Part shown: positions 1 through 11,212 of the stretch, in pieces
Layout of the letters: every line of letters begins with the position of its first letter
Numbering within the stretch: the stretch's first letter is position 1
Assembly (NCBI RefSeq): GCF_006345805.1
Contig: NC_043008.1
Coordinates: 9,734,001-9,798,000 of the forward strand
Direction: 5' to 3'
Source: Octopus sinensis
Lineage: Eukaryota
DNA: 64,000 nt
The notes under the pieces: generated by a model
Database searches by the model: none
Told to the model about the DNA's origin: nothing
What the model saw: the letters and a program-made list of their open reading frames with translations, nothing else
Translations under genes and position numbers: made by a program

Positions 1-484
1 CAATGGAATGCATTTTTAAAACTTGGAATAAGATTTGTAATTAGGCTTACGCATGTGAGTGAATTAATGTAGTTTTACCTCTGTGGGAAGTTGGCACAAG
101 TAACAGGTGGATACAATCCTTCACAAATAGTCTTTCGTCTTTCGGAAACGGGATATGTTAATTGAAAAAAATATATATAGAAACCAAAGGAAAATTAATG
201 ACAAAACGAATCTTTCGCGAACAGACACACAGAAGAAAACAAGATGCGAAAAAAAAAACAGTTACTGAGAATTAAATAGAGATTTATTCAAATATCACGA
301 AAGAAAAGAACTAATTTATTTATAATTGTGTATGTATGTATGTATGTGTGTGCGTGTGCGTGCGCGTGTGTGTTGATTTTATAGAATGACTCGATTCAAT
401 CTAAAACTTTTTTTCCGAAAAGAACGATTACAGATTAGTTTCTATTCTCATTAGGCACTTTTACTGCCTCTTTTAAGAGTAGAA

Positions 485-640
485 TTGGTAGAGCTTCAAG
501 CACAATACTGTGTGTTTCATCTCCTTACGTTCTGTGTTCAACTCCCAATAAGCTCAACTTTCCTTTTCATTCTTCTGGCATCGACAAAATAAAGTTCCAG
601 TCGATGCTATTGACTAACCTTCTTTCTCCAAATTTAAAGC
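485..640 (+). mobile_element. Degenerate tRNA-derived SINE, family A
   Basis: Decayed version of the family A core TTACGTTCTGAGTTCAAA...CTTT..CTTTTCATCC..TCGATAAA seen intact at 9902-10135. Confidence 0.45.
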
Positions 641-793
641 TTTTTTTTTTATCTACATTAGAAACTTTCATTACTGATAGCAGAAATACTTCCCTCCGGG
701 CGGTTTTCTACTGGGGTATCTCCTGCTTACTTGTAGGAAAGTGCAATAATGTGCATTTCTGCGTACATATAAACATACATACATACATAAATT

Positions 794-1029
<236 letters not shown>

Positions 1030-1395
1030 TAGAAAAACAAAAGACGAAGAACGTTGTACGAACAACAAACAAGTATATTAGTTTGATGCTCAGGAAAAAA
1101 TGAAAAGTCTTTTATGTTTCGAGCCTACGCTCTTCAACAGAAAGGAATTAGAGAAAATAAACAGAGAGAGAATGAAAAAATTTGTTGTGTTCAGCGGTCC
1201 GACATCGCGAATTTTAGATCGCTAGCCACTACACATTCTTTATTTTCTCTCCTTGTTTCTTTCTGTGTTCATTTCTGTGGAAGAGCGTAGGCTCGAAACG
1301 TTAAAGACATTTTCACTTCCCGAACATTATACTAATACATCAGTTTGTTGTCTACACCTCCAGTCTTCGTCTTTTGTTTTCTTTTTTGTGAATTC
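1030..1395. mobile_element. Inverted pair of Penelope-like terminal-repeat segments (1030-1170 and 1245-1395)
   Basis: AAAACAAAAGACGAAG...GTTTCGAGCCTACGCTCTTC is mirrored by GAAGAGCGTAGGCTCGAAACG...CTTCGTCTTTTGTTTTC; both carry a degenerate hammerhead-like core. Confidence 0.6.
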
Positions 1396-1399
1396 TCCC

Positions 1400-1570
1400 T
1401 ATATATATATTATTTACATTTTTTACATTATTTACATTTGACGGATATTTGTCCTCATCTTGTTTTTTTACTAACACAACGTTTCGGCTGATATACCCTC
1501 CAGCCTTCATCAGATATCTTGGGGGAAATTTCGAAACTGGGTTCTCATTCCTAAGGTATTTTTCGATATT
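1400..1570 (-). mobile_element. Penelope-like repeat carrying a hammerhead motif
   Basis: Contains the 1473-1518 motif; minimal hammerheads are established hallmarks of Penelope-like element terminal repeats. Confidence 0.55.
1473..1518 (-). ncRNA. Minimal type I hammerhead ribozyme motif
   Basis: Minus strand GATAT-CTGATGA-A-GGCTG(gagggtatat)CAGCC-GAAA-CGTT-GTGTT: intact core, 5-bp helix II, palindromic ACGT helix III, GUU site, wobble-rich helix I. Confidence 0.65.
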
Positions 1571-1745
1571 TTTCTTTCTATAAATACAGTAGGCCTTTTT
1601 ATAAATGCACTAGGCCATGTGCCTACACTGTTATGCATGAAGATTTCGGTAATTTTCAAACCAAACACTATTAGCTTTTGTTTGAATTCACTGGAGTTCA
1701 GTTCCCTTTCCTCTGTTATTTCAGTATGATGCCAAACCGCAAATT

Positions 1746-1760
1746 ATTACCCATGGCAAC
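1746..1760. promoter_or_regulatory. RFX X-box-like motif
   Basis: ATTACCCATGGCAAC is one mismatch from GTNRCC(N0-3)RGYAAC and lies about 135 bp upstream of a CpG-containing exon-like segment. Confidence 0.25.
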
Positions 1761-1895
1761 AGTACAACAAGTGCACAATTCAGTCTCTCAGCTGACAGCT
1801 ATTTCGCAATGCACACATACCCGCAACGTTTTTTTTTTTCTTTTTCCATTCAATGACATTAAATGTCTCCGTTCGTTATTTCTTTGGCCTTTTAG

Positions 1896-1958
1896 CGAGC
1901 TCCCGCGGCGAGAAACTCAGTAAAATGAATCACCATATGACAATAATCTTTGTCACAG
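1896..1958 (+). CDS. Candidate small exon with start codon (ATG 1925, MNHHMTIIFVT then phase-1 intron)
   Basis: ggccttttag|CGAGC...ATG...CACAG|gtattg; no homology recognised. Confidence 0.2.
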
Positions 1959-2053
1959 GTATTGAGTTCTTGTCAATTTTTGTAATCCCAAACACAGTTA
2001 CAAACGCACACACACACGCGCGCGCATACCCATATATGATAAACATATATTAA

Positions 2054-2839
2054 AGGCGACGAGCTGGTAGAAATATTAGCACGCCGGGCGAAATGCGTAG
2101 CCGTATTTCGTCTGCCGTTACGTTCTGAGTTCATATTCCGCCGATATCGACTTTGCCTTTCATCCTTTCGGGGTCGATAAATTAAGTACCAGTTGTGCAC
2201 TGGGGTCGAAGTAATCGACTTAATCCGTGTGTCTGTCCTTGTTTGTCCTCTCTATGTTTAGCCCCTTGTGGGTAGTAAAGAAATAGGTATTTCGTCTGCC
2301 GTTACGTTCTGAGTTCAAATTCCACCGAGGTCGACTTTGCATTTTATCCTTTCGGGGTCAATTAAGTAAGTACCAGTTACGCACTGGGGTCGATTTAATC
2401 GACTTAATCCGTTTGTCTGTCCTTGTTTGTCCCCTCTGTGTTTAGCCCCTTGTGGGTAGTAAAGAAATAGGTATTTCGTCTGCCGTTACGTTCTGAGTTC
2501 AAGTTCCGCCGAGGTCGACTTTGCTTTTCATCCTTTCGGGGTCAATAAATTAAATACCAGTTATGCACTGGGGTCGATGTAATCAACTTAATCCGTTTGT
2601 TTGTCCTTGTTTGTTCTCTCTGTGTTTAGCCCCTTGTGGGTAGTAAAGAAATAGGTATTTCGTCTGCCGTTACGTTGTGAGTTCAAATTCCGCCGAGGTC
2701 GACTTTGCCTTTTATCCTTTCGGGGTCAATTAAATAAGTACCAGTTACGCACTGGGGTCGAGGTAATCGACTTAATCCGTGTGTCTGTCTTTGATTGCCC
2801 CCTCTGTGTTTAGCCCCTTGTGGGTAGTAAAGAAATAGG
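2054..2839 (+). mobile_element. Family A tRNA-derived SINE: one head plus four head-to-tail 184-bp units
   Basis: GTATTTCGTCTGCC recurs at 2103, 2287, 2471 and 2655; head GGCGACGAGCTGG..GCACGCCGGGCGAAATG occurs only once; central GCCTTTCATCCTTTCGGGGTCGATAAATTAAGTACCAG resembles a conserved SINE central (Meta-like) domain (inference). Confidence 0.92.
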
Positions 2840-3284
2840 ATACACATATATGATAAACATCTACGCAATCCTTACATACACACACATGAAGCATGTATAT
2901 ATACAGACAGACTGACAGACTGACATACAGACATGTAACGTATGTGTGTGAAGCAAAGATAGAAAGATTCGTACAAATAATCTTATATATATTATCCTCT
3001 TCTCGCATGCACAGCCAACAACTTCAAAACAGTTTCCAGCGATTTGATAAATTGTCAATGAGAAATAACACGGAATATCGCTATTTTTCTAAAAACTCTG
3101 CCAATTCTTTTATATTTTGCTGTGTTTTCCGCCTGTCTTTATTAACAACAACGATACTAACTATCTGGCAATATTCCGATCTCTTCATAATGTCACAATA
3201 AATCACCGGGAACATATTTAAGAGAGAAACAAGTAGGTTATATGGACAAGATTAGTATTATTAATATGATTAGTATGATGATGG

Positions 3285-3490
3285 CTGCGAGTTAGTCGAA
3301 AAGTTTGCACGCCAGGAAAAACTCTTAACGGCATTTCGTCTGTCTTTATTTTTCTGTGCTCAAATACTGCTGAGGTTGACTTTTCATCCTCTCGGGCTCG
3401 ATAAAATAGGTACCAGTTGACCACAGGGGTCAACGTAGTCGATTTACCCTACCCCCGAATTACTGGCCCAATACCAAAATTTGTTGCCAA
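3285..3490 (+). mobile_element. Degenerate family A SINE
   Basis: GCACGCCAGG..GCATTTCGTCTG..GAGGTTGACTTTTCATCC..GATAAAATAGGTACCAG. Confidence 0.7.
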
Positions 3491-3504
3491 TATTCTTTTC
3501 TACT

Positions 3505-3885
3505 ATAGTCACAAGGCCCGAAATTTTGGGGGAGGAAGCCAGTCGATTAGATCGACCTCAGTGTGTAACTGGTACTTAACTTATCAACCCCTAAAGGATG
3601 AAAGGTAAAGTCGACCTCGGCGGAATTTGAACTCAGAACGTAGCGGCAGACGAAATACCTATATCTTTACTACCCACAAGGGGCTAAACACAAAGAGGAC
3701 AAACAAGGACAGACAAACGGATTAAGTCGATTAGATCGACCCCAGTGCGTAACTGGTACTTATCTAATCGACCCCGAAAGGATGAAAGACAAAGTCGACC
3801 TCGGCGGAATTTGAACTCAGAACGTGGCGGCAGACGAAATACCGCTAAGCATTTTGCCCAGCGTGCAAACGATTCTGCCAGCTGT
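3505..3885 (-). mobile_element. Family A SINE dimer (full copy plus truncated unit with alternative 3' tail)
   Basis: Reverse complement of family A; junction GGTAGTAAAGATATAG|GTATTTCGTC near 3660. Confidence 0.85.
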
Positions 3886-3914
3886 AGCCAATATTAACTG
3901 GACTAAGATGACGA

Positions 3915-4110
3915 GCTGCAAAATCATCAGTTCGCCGGACAAAATGCTTAGTGGTATTTCTTCCGACTTTACATTGCGGATTGAAATGCCGCTGGGCTCG
4001 ACTTCCCTTTTAATCCTTTCGGGTGTCAATAAAATAAGTACCAGCTGAGCACTTGTGGTCAATGTAATCAACATACGTTACCCAACGAAATTGCTGGCCT
4101 TGCACCAAAA
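3915..4110 (+). mobile_element. Degenerate family A SINE
   Basis: GGACAAAATGCTTAGTGGTATTTC..CCTTTTAATCCTTTCGGGTGTCAATAAAATAAGTACCAG. Confidence 0.6.
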
Positions 4111-4359
4111 ATGTGTGTGTGTGTGTGTGCATGTGTGTGTGAGTGTGTGTGTGTGCGTGAGCTACAAGACACAGAACTTGATTTCATACAAAAACAAGCC
4201 ATGTTAATTGACATAATGTGCCTTAATATTTATTCTTTCCTTAATATCAGAAAAGAAAGTCTTTGTTGGAATTTCATTTCCAAAGTGTTGTTTATATGTT
4301 CAGTATAGTTTAAAATAATATTTTCTATATGATCAGCCCTTCCCAGAAGTCTCATATAT

Positions 4360-4403
<44 letters not shown>

Positions 4404-4489
4404 ATATACATACACACATGCATACATACATGCATATATTAATATATGTATGAGTGTATACTTATAAATCCATGCATGTATGGTTATAT

Positions 4490-4865
4490 GAGATATGTAA
4501 CACACTGCCGCCTGAATACCAATCTTGAGAAATTAGGCTTATCAAAACCAGAAAGGAGAAAACTAAGCCGAAGACTACAGATCCAATCCATCACTGGAAC
4601 TGTAAAAATCTGTAAAACTTTCGCGAAGTTTATTATTTAAATATATATGAGCATGTCCAGATATGCAACTATATGCATGAAAATACATACATAAAACATA
4701 CAAATCTGCACATACATACATACATACATACGTATATACATACATAAATACATAGCCTGTTGTTGATGTTGAAATTCCAATGAAGGAACCTTGGATCTAG
4801 GTTAGAAACCGGTCCTCTCTTTATTGGCAAGAAATCTTCAAATAAACTGAATAATGACATACATA
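4490..4865 (+). mobile_element. 5'-truncated RLE-type non-LTR retrotransposon 3' end (ORF C-terminus, 3' UTR, (CATA)n-like tail)
   Basis: YVTHCRLNTNLEKLGLSKPERRKLSRRLQIQSITGTVKICKTFAKFII* resembles the end of restriction-like-endonuclease elements and is homologous to 19690-19870. Confidence 0.65.
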
Positions 4866-4869
4866 TTCT

Positions 4870-5140
4870 TTTATTCTTTTATTCTTTTATTCTTTTACTT
4901 GCTTCAGTCATTTGACTGCGACCATGCCTTTAGTCGAACAAATCGACCCCAGGACTAATTCTTTGTAAGCCTAGTTTTTATTATATCGGTCTCTTTTGCC
5001 GAACCATGGCAGGATTACTCATTTTTACTTACTAAATGGTCTGGAGCAACGGGAAATTAAGTATTTTGCTGAAGAACACAACACATCGCCCTGTCCAGGA
5101 ATCGAAACCACAATCTTACGATCATACGCCACTCGCCTCC
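4870..5140 (-). mobile_element. Adjacent SINE fragments (family B 3' part and family C head)
   Basis: CTTTTACTTG.TTCAGTCATTTGACTGCG (B tail, rc) fused to GGAGCAACG..GCTGAAGAACACAAC..GGAATCGAAACCAC (C head, rc). Confidence 0.7.
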
Positions 5141-5834
5141 ACACACATACACACACACGTATATATATATATATATATCATGAGAATGAGAATGGAGTGA
5201 GATGGCCATTTCGTTTTATTGCATAATTCTATAATTATTCCATCGATATTTTACCATAAGATTATTACTGCATTATTATTAAATATTATGTCAGTATTAT
5301 TTTACCAATACAGGAAAATATCGATACGTCAGGTTCATGTATAAATCGATTGAAGATGCTCTTATCATTTCATTAGCATATCATAGTTGAAACGAAAAAC
5401 AAATACAAAATAAACAACAAATCTAAATCACCCGGTCAAAAAATGAATTGAATCGAAGAGAACAAATAAAGGGGAAAATGAATAACTGAAGAAATTATCA
5501 CATAAAACAGATAAGACGATATATCTTTGTTTCTCCAGGACCACACATCTACTGTAGCTAGTCTCTTCTCTTTAAGACATTAGGTGTGGCTGACCGCACA
5601 AATCAGTATCTCTTTTCTAATATTGCTATCCAAAGTTTTTTTTTTCAATCAATAGGTTTATAAGCGGGCTGCTAGGAAAAAATATTTATCATGTACTTTC
5701 ACTTTCACATACATACAGAAATGGACATTTTTCTAGGCGGATAAAATAAGCTATTTCTTGGCTGTGTTTTTTTCTGAAGTAATGAATTATAAGCCATGCA
5801 AATAAAGGAAATGATGTAGAATGTTGTAGGAATA

Positions 5835-6050
5835 TTTTCTATTCTAGGCACAAGGCCCGAAATTTTTTTGGGGGAGGGAGCCAGTCGATTAGATCGACCC
5901 CAGTACGCAACTGGTACTTAATTTCGACCCCGAAAGAATGAAAGGCAAAGTCGACCTCAGCGGAGTTTGAATTCAGAACATAAACACAGATGAAATATTG
6001 TTAAGTATTTCGCCCGGCGTGTTAACGTTTCTGCCACCTCGCCGCCTTAG
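5835..6050 (-). mobile_element. Family A SINE with alternative tail
   Basis: rc of GGCGGCGAGGTGGCAGAAACGTTAACACGCCGGGCGAAATACTT...CCTTGTGCCTAGAATAGAAAA. Confidence 0.85.
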
Positions 6051-6189
6051 AAGGTTCAAGGAATAAGAAACCAAGTGTCAAGCCAATATATATATATCTC
6101 TTATTTCTTTTACTTAAATCATTAGACTGATGGGATACCGCCATCATGATGGGATACCGCCTTGAAGAACTTTTCGCAGTTGAATGAAT

Positions 6190-6597
6190 TAATCTTATTA
6201 CTCGGACGGTCCCTATCTGAAGGTTTTGGTTTTCTTCCGGAGTTTTGTTTCGACGAGGAGGTTTTTTCCCTCTTTCCCAAAGGCTTTCCTTACTTTCGAG
6301 ACAGTACCTCTTGATACATCAAACATTTCGGCTGTTATCGTTACGCTAGCGCCTGTCATACGAGCACCAACAATTTGACCTCTTTGAAAGTCCAATAGAT
6401 CTGTCATTTTAATGAATTTTAATTACCTTTATCTGATGATATCTGAAAAGAAACAGCAAGTTTAACAAAACATATAAAGCAACACTAATAATAAATCAAA
6501 AACATAAAAAATAAACTAGCATTTGACGGTCTTATAGATATTTCAAAATTATGATGCTTATGATGCTTGGTGTTTCCATTCTTTTCTCCAACCCCTG
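6190..6597 (-). mobile_element. Tc1-like DNA transposon 5' fragment (TIR plus N-terminal HTH)
   Basis: MTDLLDFQRGQIVGARMTGASVTITAEMFDVSRGTVSKV is a Tc1 paired-like HTH; minus-strand end TA|CAGGGGTTGGAGAAAAGAATGGAAACACC is a Tc1-type TIR. Confidence 0.85.
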
Positions 6598-7309
6598 TAT
6601 ATATGCGTAAGTATCCGCATTGGTGAGTGAATAGCTTCATAGTTTCTATTAAGCGAATGATTGTTGTTGATGCTCTACCGATGGTATCGCATCAACACCA
6701 AAGTTTCATGCTGAAACTTAGCAATTTTTTAATCCATAGATTGAATACCACTGATATAGCAGCCACATTTGCTTGATTCCATGAAAAAATGTATTTTTAT
6801 GGTTGTAAATTTGTGTTGTTCTACCTGGTCTCTATCCTGTAATCTTTATACAAAAAGTTAATTTTTGATATGTACTGTTCACGTAGACAACACCCAGTGA
6901 AATATAAATTTTATAATCTTGTGAAAGGGCGGTGTATCTAAAATATTATTATAACTTCCTATGTTGGAAATATCACAAACCTCTCTGCATGTACGAGTTT
7001 AACGGTTTCAAACGTGAACCAGGAGTTCATTAGTTTGTGATGGATATACTCCATTATGTACAAATGGGATGTATGTATTTCTATATACATACATACACAC
7101 ACACATACAGTGTTTCTGGTATTAGGCTTATATATACGATTGCTACTGGTGAATTTAGAGAGGAAGCAAATGATATAAGCTGGATTTTGTCTTCTCTTCG
7201 AACTCACTAGTGGCAGTTATATATGTTACTGTGCACAAAAGAAATGGTGTACGTGGGTGTGTATGTATACATGTTTATATACGTATATGTATATATATTT
7301 ATATGTATA

Positions 7310-8410
<1,101 letters not shown>

Positions 8411-8499
8411 ATAGATAAGTGTATTTTTCCCTTGTTAACATTGCTTTACACCATTTATTCCTTTGGAATAATATCAGTGAAATCTATATATATGTTGTG

Positions 8500-8830
8500 T
8501 AAGGCGGTCAACTGGAAGAGGTGTTAGCATACCTGTCAAAATACAAAGCAGCTTTTCGTCCGTTTTTACGTTCTGAGTTCAAATTCCACTGAAGTTGACT
8601 TTGCCTTTCGCTTTTTCGGGGTCGATATCATAAGTGCCACTGGAGTCGACATAATCGACTTACCCCATCACCCAAAACCGCTGGCCTTCTGCCAAAATTT
8701 GAAACCAATTTTAAGTACTGCATTCTTTATCGGGATCGATAAAAGAAGTACCAATTAAACACTAGGATCGATGTTAATGTTTTAATCCTTCCTCGAATTT
8801 GGTGGCCTTTTGCCAAAATTTGAAACCATT
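8500..8830 (+). mobile_element. Degenerate family A SINE(s)
   Basis: TTTACGTTCTGAGTTCAAATTCCACTGAAGTTGACTTTGCCTTTC..GGGGTCGATA plus a second partial tail. Confidence 0.7.
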
Positions 8831-9901
8831 ATTATAGTTGTTGATGATGATCGTGATGATGAGGATGACGCCGACGACAAGGAGGCGGAGGAGGAGGTGG
8901 AGGAGTAGGTGGAGGACATTATTATTATGCTTGTTGTTAATATTAAATGTTCATGAGTCTGTAAGTAAATATATGTGGATATCAATTTGCTCACACATGT
9001 ATATCGAAATAATTATGAATGGGGCAGTGTGTGTCATTGGGCGGGTAAAGGGTCAACATATGCTACGCTGGCGTTGATGCCAATAATAAATGAAGAAATG
9101 TGGGTGTATCGATATGAGAACCAATTTACTTTGAGTGAAATGAATGGAACAAAACTTCTCCAGGTGTAAAGGCCGAGGATTTGGTTTCATTGACAGTGAA
9201 CTAATTCTGACAACGAAAGCAGAGAGTCATGCCTTTTGGAGAATGTGACTGAGATTACATTTGTGTTAGACTAATCACATAATTGGCTAATCAAGCTGTG
9301 TAAGGAAATATTATCTTCAGTGGCAAGTTTGTAATCATTAGGTACGACTTTAGGAGTAAAATAGATGTACTAAGGTTGTAACTTTTCAGAGAGAGAGAGA
9401 GAGAGCTCTGTAAGAAATATAGCTATTATATACGTGCGTATGTTTAAGATGTTAGAATTCTACATATTACTAACCTTCGGGGAATTTGTCGGGACTTTAC
9501 AAGTAAATAGATTTTGGAACTTTAAAGTAGCAGCTTGATTATAATTGCAAGATCTGTTGAACAAATGCACATATGGGAGTGTCTGATCAAAATTTTAGAA
9601 TACAGGTTGCAGAATTTAGCTTTATCTTTCAGAAATTTAGCAAATTTCACTCTTTTAATATAACCTTCATAAAGCTCGGTAGATTTTGCTAATTTGTTCC
9701 ATGGGTAATGAAGTATTTTTAGATTCATTGCTTCCTTTAAGTGAAATTTGGCTTTGCAACAAAGTTTTCGAAGTCTAGTTTTATCTTGCAGTGTTTGAAT
9801 ACACTTTATACGGTCTCACTGCGCAGCCGCAAGATAATTTCTGGAAATGTTAATCCATTATCATGACTATATTTAGTTGTGTTATGTAGGCGTCAGTGTA
9901 T

Positions 9902-10135
9902 AGGCGGCGAGCTGGCAGAAACGGTAGCGCACCGGACGAAACGCTTCGAGGTATTTCGTCTGTCGTTACGTTCTGAGTTCAAATTCCGCCGAGGTCGACT
10001 TTGCCTTTCATCCTTTCGGTGTCGATAAATAAAGTACCAGTTTCGCACTGGGGTCGATGTAATCGACTTAATCCGTTTGTCTGTCCTTGTTTGCCCCCTC
10101 TATGTTTAGCCCCTTGTGGGCAGTAAAGAAATATA
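9902..10135 (+). mobile_element. Complete family A SINE
   Basis: AGGCGGCGAGCTGGCAGAAACGGTAGCGCACCGG...GCCCCTTGTGGGCAGTAAAGAAAT. Confidence 0.92.
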
Positions 10136-10616
10136 TATATATATAGGTGACAGTGTTTAGAAATTTGTGTTCTGCGTAATTTTAGAATTTGTATACGATT
10201 TAGCCTAACACTCAAGTTAGAAAGAATTGAGAAAGAATGCAATAAAGGTAGTAATTTAAAGGAAAATATGCCAGCATAAACCTAGTTAAAAACATATTTC
10301 AATTGTCACAAACATTGTCTAAACAGTTTTAAGTTTCACTGTTGGGAAATCTTAAGTATAAAAGCTTTGTAAAACATGCAATTATGACTCATCTGATAGC
10401 GTCGCCATGCTTGACAAACATATTGACGGTGAAAAATGTTCACACAATTCTAAACAGATTCACAGACAAGTAACTGATTTTTATGTCCATCTTCCTCTGC
10501 ATTTTCTCAAGTGGTTTCCTCTAAACTAAAAATGTGTGATCTCAATCTCACATTTCAATATTCGATCAATCTCATGATGGCTGACTTATGCAGGGCCTTA
10601 TTTTCAATTTACGCAG

Positions 10617-10781
10617 ATAATTAAATGTTCAACAAAAGGAACAGCTATTTTTGGTAACGTTATTGATGAGGAATTTTTGGAAATCTCAGAACGCAACAAT
10701 ATTACACTCAATAAAAGTACAGATGTACCTACAAAGGCAAGAAATTGCTATAATATTTATTATACATTAACAAGAAGACAG
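10617..10781 (+). CDS. Candidate internal exon, 55 codons, phase 0-0
   Basis: ttattttcaatttacgcag|ATA...AGACAG|gtgaca; open frame IIKCSTKGTAIFGNVIDEEFLEISERNNITLNKSTDVPTKARNCYNIYYTLTRRQ; no homology recognised. Confidence 0.25.
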
Positions 10782-10884
10782 GTGACAAAGACTTCGACGT
10801 TTCGGTCTTTTGTCCTTCGTAGGACTTGTTATACCTACATTTTCTAGATATGTAGAATTCCAGGAATTTTTCCACCCAGATTAT

Positions 10885-11025
10885 ATATTTCTTTACTACC
10901 CACAAGGGGCTAAACACAGAGGGGACAAACAAGGACAGACAAACGGATTAAGTCGATTGCATCGACCCCAGTGCGTAACTGGTGCTTAATTTATCGACCC
11001 CGAAAGGATGAAAGGCAAAGTCGTA
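10885..11025 (-). mobile_element. Family A SINE, 3' half
   Basis: TTTCTTTACTACCCACAAGGGGCTAAACACAGAGGGGAC...GGCAAAGTCG. Confidence 0.85.
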
Positions 11026-11212
11026 TAAATAGATTTTACATTATACTCCGTTATAAATACAGTTTACTCTATACGCCATGGTTATCATCGATAAATTGAT
11101 AAAATGTCCACTCAAATTAATAAATGGCCAACACTTGCCTTATTTTTTTACATCAGTGATATTAGAAATGCCTCTGTTTCTTTTCAGCTCTTGCAATACG
11201 AAGAGTATTATA

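Noticed and set aside
79-260. Minus-strand donor CAGAG|GTAAAA and hydrophobic reading RERFVLSLIFLWF
   Set aside because: No start or convincing acceptor; similarity to the 26 kb peptide is not seen at DNA level
2103-2839. Regular 184-bp repeats as a CRISPR-like array
   Set aside because: No unique spacers; units are SINE bodies; eukaryotic context with no cas genes
5314-5390. Acceptor-like site with reading GKYRYVRFMYKS
   Set aside because: Short, no recognisable homology, expected by chance
8975-9250. LLTHVYRN resembling the 26 kb antisense peptide, and a KGRGFGFI RNP1-like motif
   Set aside because: Match is only about 16 nt; no remainder of an RRM fold follows
10787-10826. Hammerhead-like remnant (minus strand CTACGA..GAAACGTC)
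   Set aside because: Core lacks G5 and helix II is mismatched; decayed relic at best
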